64,000 bases of DNA from Lingula anatina. Taxonomy: Eukaryota > Animalia > Brachiopoda. The notes beneath the pieces are model-generated. The model was not told the origin of the DNA. It saw only the letters and a list, made by a program, of their open reading frames with translations, and made no database searches. Of the stretch, positions 53,901-64,000 are shown piece after piece (position 1 is the stretch's first letter; every line of letters starts with the position of its first letter). A program made the translations under genes and the position numbers. Location: assembly GCA_051362555.1 (NCBI GenBank), contig CM120640.1, positions 19,220,001 through 19,284,000 of the forward strand. Direction: 5' to 3'.

Positions 53901-55294
53901 CACATTGACTATCATGGTTTTCATTTCATCATCACTTCTGACAGTTATCTTGTCCCCATCTTCATCTTCATCTGAAAATACCAAAAGATAAGTATTCCTC
54001 TCCTCAATCATTAAGAGAAATTCAGTTTACACTTGATTAAAAGGATAACAACTGTTCATTTGCCCAAAATATGAACTTTCCAGGGACAATTTTACCATAA
54101 TAACTGAATCCATTTCTACATTCAAAGTTAGTCCCTGTTTTTTTTTTCTTAAAAAGTTTTTTTTTCTGGTAATAATCTCTTAAAATATTATTACAGAGTA
54201 TAGCCATCTATGGAGGTCACATGGTCCAATGACAAGTACATATTTCAGAATAATTGCTATAACTGTTGTTTTTGTGGTAAAAAAAAGAATGTATTATATT
54301 TCTTTCAGTTGTTTACAATGTACTGTATTTATTTTATGGTGAAACATACAGTGTAGATCTTCTACAATACTAAATATACACTATATGTTTTAAGTTGCAC
54401 TGCAGACAAGATATCATTTTTATTTGTTTTCAATGATTCTGTCGAGTAAATATGTATACTGGATTGAATCAAAGAATTTGTATCTTTAAGACAAACGCTA
54501 TTTTTAAGAGCCAATAATGCAACAGGTTTACTTACAGTCAAATGCTGATATTGAGGCATGAGGTACAACTCTGGTCATCACTTCCTGAAGCATAACGTGC
54601 ACTAGGTCACTTTCACATAATATGTCTGTATTTAAATGACTTAAGTCAACAACTATGTCATTTGAGGATATTCAATTTACAAGGAGAGATGAAGTGATCT
54701 AAGTGTGGTTCTTAAGCATTGAACCCCAATACACTTGTCACTAACCTACTCAAATTAATCAGCCACTTGGTTTTTCAGCAGTACCTGGATGAGTGTATGC
54801 AAGGAACAGTGTTCGCACAGTTCTTAAAAATTTTATTGTCTAGTACATTGACCATTCTTAGCTTACACAGCTTCTTTTCCGAGTCTAACTTTTGCAGTGC
54901 AAATATTCAAAAAACTTGACTGATGTTGGAAAAGAAAACAATACAAAACTAAGAAAATTTATCATCTTGATTTCTACAGCAGGAATGAAAGAGCATACAT
55001 TACAGCAAATGTTTAAAAATGCAATAGCCACCCTTTTGCATTCATCACCAAAGGCAAATAATCATGTCTAACTTACTGACTATCTAACACTGGCAAAAGA
55101 ATTAATCCTACTACTAGGGCGTATGGACACAACGTTACCACGTACTGGTACTGTATACATTGTACATGGCAGGGCCGATTTGTGTGTTAACTTACCAGCG
55201 CCTCGTGAAAGGTGACTGTATAAGGGTTCACCATCCATTCCATGTCTTCTCCTTCACCTGTCCTGATCCTGATCACAAAATTATTCCCTTCCAT
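47967..55294 (-). CDS. MAP2K5: Dual-specificity MAP kinase kinase 5 (MEK5), PB1 + kinase domain, ~435 aa
   Basis: 19 in-phase exons (1308 nt): 55196-55294, 54536-54584, 53904-53971, 53576-53645, 53323-53363, 52905-52966, 52314-52424, 51688-51727, 51430-51498, 50855-50936, 50419-50529, 50143-50216, 49667-49717, 49350-49421, 49153-49185, 48790-48837, 48578-48639, 48323-48368, 47967-48086. PB1 region FVIRIR...[17 protein letters not shown] and RNIHGLK. Kinase motifs [49 protein letters not shown] and [28 protein letters not shown]. Confidence 0.96.
54041..54345. mobile_element. Second, more degenerate copy of the TTAA-type MITE at 10909-11245, in MAP2K5 intron 2
   Basis: Starts TTAA|AAGGATAACAACT. 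Shares AGAGTATAGCCATC(A/T)ATGGAGGTCAC(G/A)TGGTC...CAGAATAAT(A/T)GCTATAACTG(C/T)TGTTTTTGTGGTAAAA with the first copy. Right TIR not recognisable. Confidence 0.8.
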
Positions 55295-55359
55295 CTCTGA
55301 AATTCTTTAGTAAAACAATTCTGACTATTTAGACATTTTCCCTTTCCTGAAAAAAACCA

Positions 55360-55626
55360 TGGTTAACACAGGGATAGGTGGCGTTATGAAGCGGTAGTGA
55401 CTTTGTTGATTGGTTCTATAGAACGAAATATTCTGATATCAGTATTGCTTATAAATGTAAATTGGCCATAAAATGTAATAAATGACAAAATTTTTCTTTA
55501 TAATGGTTTTATTTGTATGTATTTATTGAATACTATGTGCAAATTCTATATTATTCCACCCAAACGACTAGTTTTAAAAAGGAACTAGTCATATTTACAA
55601 GAAGCGCCATGTTTGAAGAGGTAAAT
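55360..55626. promoter_or_regulatory. Probable bidirectional promoter shared by MAP2K5 (-) and the LAS2-like gene (+)
   Basis: CpG-containing patch with GATTGG (CCAAT, ~55408) upstream of MAP2K5. On the plus strand, a YY1-like GCGCCATGTT (55604-55613) is followed by donor GAG|GTAAAT at 55620/55621. Confidence 0.5.
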
Positions 55627-55799
55627 ATGCTTCGTGAACTGTAATCGGTTTTATGGGTTGCACTCGTAGAATTGCCAATCGATTTTAATTTTTATGTGTA
55701 AGAACATTTTAAGTGTTTGAGGTTTGATAGGATAAGTGAAAGAGGTAAGATAAGAGTTCTCATAATCATAAGGAGAAATTCAGTTTACACTTGACGTTA

Positions 55800-56255
55800 T
55801 CACTTATTGTTAGTTACAACTGGCCGGTCACAGCTAACACACCTTGCTAGGTCGTCACTTTTAGTTACTTTAGTTCTGCCTCAGTGTCTCACCTCCTGCT
55901 GTTTTGAGGATGGCCTTGCTGTCTCTTGCCCTGGGGGTTCTTGGTCATGCCCTGTCATGTGAGGCTGGATGCTGGTTCCCTGAGGGTGTCTGATCCAGCT
56001 CTACTTCCTTCTCAGAATCTGTTTGGCCAGAAGTTCCTGTCCCGCTCTCTTTCTCAAATCTTTGTTCCAGATCTTGTCTGGTCAACATATCTTGCAAATG
56101 TGCCTCAGACAGGTGTTGAAGAATATCTGAATCTTCTGCAGCATTGTCTTAGTTGTGAGTCACATTTTACAGCCTTAGAGCAGAACCTATGCCACATTGG
56201 AGTTGAAGATGCGGAGCGTGGTCTTCATGATGATCTCCTTGGCATTATCTGTAGT
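55800..56255 (-). mobile_element. Degenerate 3' fragment of an RTE-clade (BovB/SR2-like) LINE
   Basis: Minus-strand conceptual translation with stops: KTTLRIFNSNVA*VLL*GCKM*...MLQKIQIFFNTCLRHICKIC*PDKIWNKDL...QILRRK*SWI(G)HTLREPASSLT*Q..TKNPQGKRQQGHPQNSRR*DTEAEL, matching the RTE C-terminal consensus. Confidence 0.85.
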
Positions 56256-57060
56256 AGCTTACTTATAAATGAACAACTATGATATTATTTTAGGTCAATG
56301 TTCAGTTGTGTTCAATCTGATTTTAGACACTTGTTCAAACTGATTTTAGACAATAGTTCCATGTGTCTATAGGCAGGTACCCATTTTTTTGTGCAACTTT
56401 ATGGGGAACAATTCCAGCAGCCACAACCTGAACAATGGTTGTTTCTACCCCTGTCTATGATTACCCCTATCAGTGCCCATACTCCTAGGTTTCATAAGCC
56501 TATGGTTAGATATATGTGATTGTCATTTTGGTAAAGTGATCCAGTTGGTGGGGCAGACTGATAGTAATTTTGTACCTTTTTCAAAGATAATCACTAACAG
56601 TGGACAAGGTTGAATCGGTGCTATTAAAGAGGCATAAACTATTTATGTCCTTCAATTTAGGAATCAAAAACAATAGCATGTTATATTTAAGATGATCTAA
56701 CATAAAGAAAAACATTATGTGCAGTAATTTACCACAGGTTAAGGAATACATCGAGGTTTATGGTATTGATATGAGGTAACCTGACAGTATGCAGGGAAAC
56801 ACACAGGTATCCACAGTGTTGTGGTAATGCTCATTATCGCTTGTGGTAGTAAGGGAGACCTACTAAAGCAGTCAGCAGTCAGATTATTTGTAAAGTGTAT
56901 AAATTTCCTTTGAAATAAGTAATTATGTGAAACTATTAAAATTATGATTGTAACAAGTTTGATCTGCATTGATCCTGAATAATCTTCTCATTGAGGTCAT
57001 AGATTTGGTGACTAGTTTGGATCTTGATATTGTTGTAAACTGAGTCAGGCACTAATGTAT

Positions 57061-57165
<105 letters not shown>

Positions 57166-59978
57166 CTGCTAAGGAGGCAGGCAGTTTAATTTATTTAACC
57201 TTTTAGTGCTCATTTTATTCAATTTACTCCATGTTAAAGATACAGTATATAACCACTAAATATTGTAGAATTTTAGGGGTTGTAGTGCTCTCTATTCAAT
57301 ATGTGTGGATAACAGATCATGAATCATTGTATTCCATCTGTAAAAGTATTTTTTAAATTGTCAAAAAAAAAAATTAATGCACTGGAAGTGAGTTTAGAAA
57401 CTGTGAGAAAGAAGTCAAAATTGGCAAAATACTTTTTTGGGTGAGGCTGGTTGCTTGAAATTACACCAAAGTGATTTAAAGTAATGAAACATTGTCTTTT
57501 GTATTCATTTTGTAACAAAAATATACTGATATCTTAACTAAATGCTTGATGGAATCTTGGCTTAAAAAAGAGTGCACAATACCATCTGTCTAGCTAGTTG
57601 TAGAGCAACATTGTATTTAAAGACACTTTGAATTATGGCATAAATGTCTACCAACCAAATATTTATTTTTTCAAATAACCAATATTTGTTTTAGAAAAGA
57701 TGGTAGGCAGTATGATTATTTTTCATACTGTAAGACAGGAAAGCTTTTAAAAAGATGTACTAAAATAGGGCTCTGTGTTGATTCATTTCATTGTGTTGTA
57801 AGAAGCCTCCTGATTGGCCAAACTCTACCAGAACTTGCTGCCAACTTGTCACATCATTGTGAACAAAACTTTGCTTGCAGTTCAGAACTTTACTAATAAC
57901 TACTTTTGCCCATTGTATAAGAATTTTTTAGTTATTAAACAAATCGTGAACGATGACAACCTTTTGTTTATCTTACTTTTTCACCTTATATATTAATGGA
58001 GCAAATGTTTCTGAACTGAACAAGGGAAGCAGTGCAGTTTAATCCATTTGCTTTGGAGAGGGGGGGAGGGGCACTGTTAGAATAGAGTCCCGAAGTTTCT
58101 TTTTCATATCATCCACTGGTTTCACATGTAACATATGATTCACTTATTCAGAACCTAAAATATTTGGAGTGGTCTTATTGGCTGGATTAATGAAACTAAT
58201 ACAAAAAAGTCACAAGATTTAATGATTTATAATAACTTTAGATAGTAATCAAGCTCTGTGAACACAAGAAATTGTCCAGAAATGTGGGTATTTGCATACG
58301 GCTTAAATTCTCATCAAGTTTTATCAGAAAAGATAAGAACAGTGGTGTTTGCGTCAATATCTATATTATAAGGGGCTAGTTACTATGCTCATTTGGATTG
58401 ACTGAGTGGTAGTTAAATCCTGTTTGTTGTGTTACGAAAGAGACCGCTGAGATAAATGTGTGTGCTTACACCAAGAGAAGTATCTTCCATAACTTCAGTA
58501 TCAGCACCAGGATTTAACACGGCAAACAATGGTCCAACCACAATGTACACTAAGGTGGTGCCACCTTTATTCTTACCTAATTTATAATGTCTTATGTACG
58601 CTTGAGAAGCAGTTTGAATTTTGGCTACAACTGTGAGTGGAGTTGAGAAGAGTGCTCTCTGAGGAAAGGTTTTGGTTTAAATGTTCTTTTTCTATACTGA
58701 GTAATAGTAATTGTTAACAATACAACATTTATTTGAATTGTTTATTTGAATTCCACTAACTTTCTTTAATGAATGATTTAATTTGTTTTGGATAAAAGTA
58801 TTGTAACATAGCACATTTGTTTTTTATCATTCCATAAAAATGCAAATTTGATCAGATCTTTAATGTGATTGTGGTGTTAATTTTTTTAAAAGTTACAATA
58901 TGAGAAACTGAATGTTAACATTTGAAAAAAAAGGAAGCATGATTGTCAGTCTCAGTATGAAATGTATGGATTAATAGACATTAAGATAAGCACGAAGTTG
59001 CATTAGAAATAAAAGAAAATGATGTTCAAATAATGTATGGTATTTTATCCTGCTTGAATATATGTTATCGAGTGCTTTATAGGCTGTCAGCTCTTAATAG
59101 TCATGTGTACTTAGAGATGCCCTCTTTAGAAATGATGTTTGATAACAAAACATGAACTGTGTATTTAGCTAAACTGTTCTTTTTCATGTCTGCACCTCTA
59201 ATAGAGCTACATTCATATAGAGTTTGACAATGATTTGATCAATAATATTCAACACGTCTCACCCAGGTGAGCCTTTCAAATTTGGTAATGTTAAAGCCTT
59301 GTAAGTCAAATATGCAATAGAGGGCTGAGTTTATTTATGTTGCTTCAGTGAGCAAGCCTTTATTTTGCTGGATCTGTTTCATTGCAAAAATATGCATTGT
59401 GGGAAATTCAAATTGAAAAAGTAAAGCGACATCTGAAATAACCTAGCCTTTTCATTTGTATTCATAGGGCAGGCAGTGATTTCAAAATATTTCCTTCTGA
59501 AGGGAATAGGGAACTAAAGGTTAGTTTGTATTGCTGTTTGTTCAGTACTTTTTTTAGAGTAAAAGGAAGCAATATGACACCAAATTTTGTCAATGGCCTT
59601 GTGTTTGAACAGTTGATGAGGTACCTTTATTTAGTTTATGAAGATTGCTAAATTGCAAAAGGTTGACCGTTTGTGACAGTTAAATTGGGATTTCGTAAAT
59701 GTAACTGGCAACAAGGAGGAAATTTACATTGGTGAAAGTTTGAGTCACGAAGCAATTAAATTGTAAGTGCATTTCATCTGCTATGTTTAAAAGCTGAATT
59801 TACTTTAAGACTGGAATATATATAAATTGTTCACATTTCAGTTAAGGCCAAGGAGGATATAAAGCAGAACAAGAAATGGATTGAAATGGAAAAGAGAACA
59901 TTCAGACTACGCTGCTGTAGCATGTTGGGATTAAGCCACTTTTGATGCAGTAGTTATATAAAAATCCAAGCTAAGATC

Positions 59979-61995
59979 ATGTCTCTTCCGTTACGTCTTG
60001 AGGGACATCCTTTCTACACCGGCTCAGGTGCAAAAAGCTTGAATATGGAAGATCTAAGAACTCCCACTGTGGACTACCAAGGAAAGATTTTCACTTCAGC
60101 CTCAGATGCATTGCAAGCTTACATTGAAGATTTTGAGGGCAAATCCCCAAAAGTGAAATATGAAAGACAGGTGAATAACCTTTTGTTGCCACCCACAGTG
60201 TTATCCCAGACAGTCAACAGGTCCCTGGAAACTGGCATAAGGCATACTAGAGATGAGAAGAGGCTGTATGACATGAAGAGAATGGTGGACGAGTCCTTTG
60301 AGAAGATTGTGAAAGAGGAAGAGAAAATTAGACAGGGTAATGAATATTTAACTGTCAAACTTAAATTGTCACTCGTAGATTATATGAATTGAGTTACTCA
60401 AACTGGTGGCATTTTTTCATAATGATATGCATGATTTTCATCTAACCCAGATATTAAGTTTTAATAAAATTAATCAAATCAAGAAAAATTCATAAATAGT
60501 TTGTATTTTTGGTTATGGTAGATTATTTAACCCGCTGGCTGAAAGTAATCATGAAAATGGAAATTCAGGTGTGTTTTGAAATGTTTTGTGACTCTCTCTC
60601 TCTCTCTCTCAAAACTTGTGTCCTAGATGAAAGTATTCAAATCCTTACATCGACACATTTCAGTAAAAGAAGCTTTGACCCAGTCTGCTAAGGTTATCCA
60701 TGAAGTCTCTGCAGACAGGCACAGCAGCGACTCAACATCCAGTGAAGTGGACATGAGTAACATTCCAAGTGATTTAGACAGCCTCTCCACTGACATGCTG
60801 GTCTCCATCCCACCTCTGACCTCCAGCAGACACATAAGACACAAGACTCACAAGAAACACGTGTATTCATATAGGACAAACTATCAAAAAAATGATGACC
60901 CGAGAGTGCTGACTTTGCAAGACCTGGGTCACAACAGAATTGATCAAGGTAGTATTGGCCATACAATTCAAAGAACAGACAATAAGGAGTCAAGGCAAGG
61001 TCATTCCAGACAGAATTTTGAAGGTGAAAGGTCAGGCAGTCGGGATGGTGTACGTAACAGAAAACCTGTGGTCAGTCATAAATATCATACAACTAGTCCA
61101 GATCCATCCCCAGAGAGCATTGATACCAAAGGTAAACATCCCCTCCCTTACGACAGCCATGACAGAAGCCAGACTATACCTTTAAATAATTTTAAAGAAC
61201 AATATTATCAACACAAAAAATCTGCTCGCCATGAAACCCATAGAGGACATGTTCATGAGTCTGCATACCAAGAGCCCACACAGCAGGCACGTGCCTCTCT
61301 TCGTCCCAAGTCGGATCATCCTAAGACAAAAGGTGGAAGGCCCCCACCAAGCTGGATAACTGATGTTCCAGAGTTTCCTGTGAATGCAGATTTCAAAGTG
61401 GGTAGAAGTTTCCCTCCTCCTGGTGGGAGACCTCCTCCTAGCTGGATAACAGATGTTCCAGACCATACTGAGATCACAGTGACAGGGTACAGAAGGAAGT
61501 TAAGGTTATTGAGAAAATCAAAAGAAGATGAGATTTACCCAACCTCAGGGAAGAGACCCTCAAAGTTGCCTGCTGAATATGAACTCCCAGGTTCTCCACC
61601 TGGAGTAGGACCTCTGGGGTTCAGATCTCCTAACTTTTCTGAAGGGGGAAGGCCCCCACCAAGCTGGATAACAGAGGTTCCTGAACATCCATTTATCAGT
61701 GAGGGCCCCTCAGTGACTGCAAGACAAGCTGATGACGATAGTGAAGAAAGATCTCCACTCGCAGGAGGGAGGCCCCCACCCAGCTGGATAACAAATGTTA
61801 CGGATACTCCGAGTTATCTGGCATCCAACGGTAATAACATTGGGAAAATAAAAGATATGGATAAGAATCGTGTAAGGGAAACTGCCAAGGACTCCTTTTC
61901 CTTTTCTGACCTTGAGGAAGGAGGTTCACTTCCAGAGGACAGGTTGCCGTCAAGTTTGAACCCTGATGTTCCAGACAAAGACAGGCATACTCTAG
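59979..61995 (+). CDS. LAS2 / C18orf54 (lung adenoma susceptibility protein 2)-like protein, 5' coding exons; gene continues beyond window
   Basis: Exons 59979-60336 and 60664-61995 form a phase-1 junction (IRQ-V-KEALTQ). YQGKIFTSASDALQAYIEDF and DLDSLSTDML recall the LAS2-family motifs YKDKLYxSASQALQAYIDDF and DxxSLTTDDLL (recognition from memory, not a search). Donor CTAG|GTTTGT at 61995. Confidence 0.7.
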
Positions 61996-62107
61996 GTTTG
62001 TTGAGCACATGTACCTTGCATAATGTATAGATGATACATTGGTTTGATTTTAAAGAAGATAGCTAGTTACTCCTTCAGTATAGGATATTACATATTTGAA
62101 TGCATAC

Positions 62108-62304
62108 GACTGCATTCCCACAGATTTTTAGATCTATCTATCCCGGTGGGAAGTCTCACTTAATTGCTGTCAGTGTAGCTGGCTTAAATGTCTGTCCCAC
62201 CTATTAAAAACTCTAAGGGGGTAATTAACTTTTATGCACGCTTGGCTGACAGCAATTTAGCGTGAACCCTCGATGGATCGATCTAAATTTGTGGGAACCC
62301 AGTC
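62108..62304. mobile_element. ~197-bp foldback/palindromic MITE-like element
   Basis: Arms GACTGcaTTCCCACAgATTTTTAGATCtATC...TCACtTAATTGCTGTCAG and CTGACAGCAATTTAGCGTGA...GATCGATCTAAATTTGTGGGAAccCAGTC are imperfect reverse complements over ~65 bp. Confidence 0.75.
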
Positions 62305-62349
62305 TAAGATTCTTAATGAAAAACTTTGAAGATACATGTACTTCATTAA

Positions 62350-62800
62350 AGGACAATGTTCATGTAAAAATCCATTTCTCGAATTTTGAAGATACAGCAC
62401 TCAATCTATACACTAGAGGTATGTTTTAATCGATCCCCGCCATTTAAAAATTATAAAAACAATCTATTAGTAGAAAAAAAAGCGTTTTAGTAAACCTCAC
62501 CTCAATATGCAAAAATGAAGCAACAGATCTGGGTCACGTGGTACTGTGACGACAATCACGATAAAGGTCTATGAGACTCAACTGAGCTGCATGGTGCATA
62601 CTATACAGACGTAGAAGTTAAGGAAAGTTGTGTTGAACGGAGTTGAGGAATTTTCGTTATGCCTCGGTGTGTTGCCGTGGGATTCACCAAAATTGCAGCT
62701 CTCTTTGACAATCTTTCTTTGTCTGTGACGGTCTTCCGTGACTTACTAACTTCGGTGACAATAGTTGCGATGCTCTAGATCATGGTCACCTCAGGTGGTT
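62350..62800 (+). mobile_element. Probable Kolobok-like DNA transposon left-end remnant
   Basis: TTAA|AGGACAATG terminus, CpG-rich interior with GTCACGTG, and MPRCVAVG(F)T at 62659 resembling a decayed THAP-domain start. No matching right TIR was found and the right boundary is approximate. Confidence 0.45.
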
Positions 62801-64000
62801 TAGATCATATCAAGAGCTGGTAGTCTTTCAGATTAACTGTCATCAGTTGGCAAACTTACTGATTGCTGATGCATTTTAAATGCTTTGTAGTTGACCAAAA
62901 GCTCGTTTACAACAAACCTGTTAATTATGCACCGCTGCAATTCCCAAGCCAGGTAATAACAGGTATGAAACTCGTCTTGGTGGGCTTTCATATTTGTCAA
63001 TATATCTCATTTATTTCATGGGGTTATTTTATTGGTATTTGTAAATGACGTTAAATATCAATACTTAAACAATTAAGTTCAAACACGGTCGCGAACATAA
63101 ATAAAAGAAATTGCTCTCAGGGTATCTTGTAAACTTATAACACCGTGCTATAAAGATCTACTCAAGAAAAAAATTTGCTTGGGTAAAATTGAGTACGGAA
63201 TGAACTGGAGACACTTGGCTTGTCATTAAGTTTACACGAAAATATGTCAGGTAACTTTATACTGTCTTTGAAAGAGTAAAGATTGAAAGATAATTTTAGA
63301 CAAACTTTGACGGGGGAAATACCTACAAAGAGAAATGGGCTACTTCGCCAACATCTTGTTGAAAATTTTACACTGCAATTCTATTCAAATAAGCTAAGGA
63401 ACTAATTGCCAAATTAATACTCTCATCACATAACAGGGGGGTAACCAGACCTGCAAAAATTGTACGCACATATTTAAAAAGATTACAAGCACATACAGCA
63501 AAATGTAGACTTACGCAAAACATGAAGGACAGCGTAATCACAGCAAATGTACCTCATATAGTAGCTTAATTTCCATTTATAATAAAATCATCATTTAAGT
63601 CAAAAATATTCTTGCGATTTAATAACTATTTTAATTTACCCAGAACGGTATATTTATTTTAAAGGCGGTTAACTGAAATATAGTTTTATGATTTGTTTGT
63701 GAAAATTGCCCATGTCACCCTGTTAGTTTGGAGGTCTAAGCTGGATTAAGTCCGTGTTAAAATTCCTATGAAGTTGTGCAGGAAAAATTCTTCCTTTCTT
63801 TCTCTAGCTCCTCGATAAACCTGGTGTTCAGATTTTATCTAGTACCCCCAGGTCTACGGGAGCTGCGCTTTGTAACTAACGCACAGGTAGATTTTTACCT
63901 GAGATAACTGGAGTAAAGCTTAGATAGAGAGTGCGTTCGATACAAGCAAGACAAATTGAATGCCATTTAACCCTCTAATTAAGAGGTAAAGGAAGTTCCA

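Noticed and set aside
55926-56282. 118-aa plus-strand ORF
   Set aside because: It is antisense to the decayed RTE fragment.
60627-60663. ATG at 60627 as the start of an independent 467-aa gene
   Set aside because: The frame joins the upstream 59979-60336 exon through the phase-1 acceptor at 60663/60664, and the acceptor at 60626 would give a stop.

Overview
AT-rich, intron-rich animal genomic DNA, probably from a non-vertebrate bilaterian (lophotrochozoan-like; the taxon cannot be fixed from sequence alone). All exon structures were reconstructed by hand from GT/AG boundaries with phase checks. There are five protein-coding genes. (1) The 5' part of the giant E3 ligase HERC1 (minus; 22 coding exons in the window, including the first RCC1-like domain). 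(2) A 4-exon spondin-2/mindin-like secreted protein (plus) with an acidic linker. (3) A 9-exon, ~975-aa Cu-only SOD repeat protein (CSRP) with signal peptide and GPI-type tail (minus); it contains six SOD folds in an (A-B)x3 arrangement. (4) A complete 19-exon MAP2K5/MEK5 (minus) with Glu in place of the normally invariant subdomain-IX Asp. (5) The 5' part of a LAS2/C18orf54-like gene (plus, divergent from MAP2K5) with four GGRPPPSWIT repeats. Mobile DNA comprises an RTE-X-like LINE in HERC1 intron 1 interrupted by a TTAA-flanked MITE (second copy in MAP2K5), an RTE fragment, several MITEs, a Kolobok-like remnant, microsatellites and short tandem duplications. There are no rRNA, tRNA or CRISPR features. 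No wholly new system is demonstrable; the best leads are the CSRP architecture, the LAS2-like repeats and the apparent ancient HERC1-MAP2K5-LAS2 linkage.
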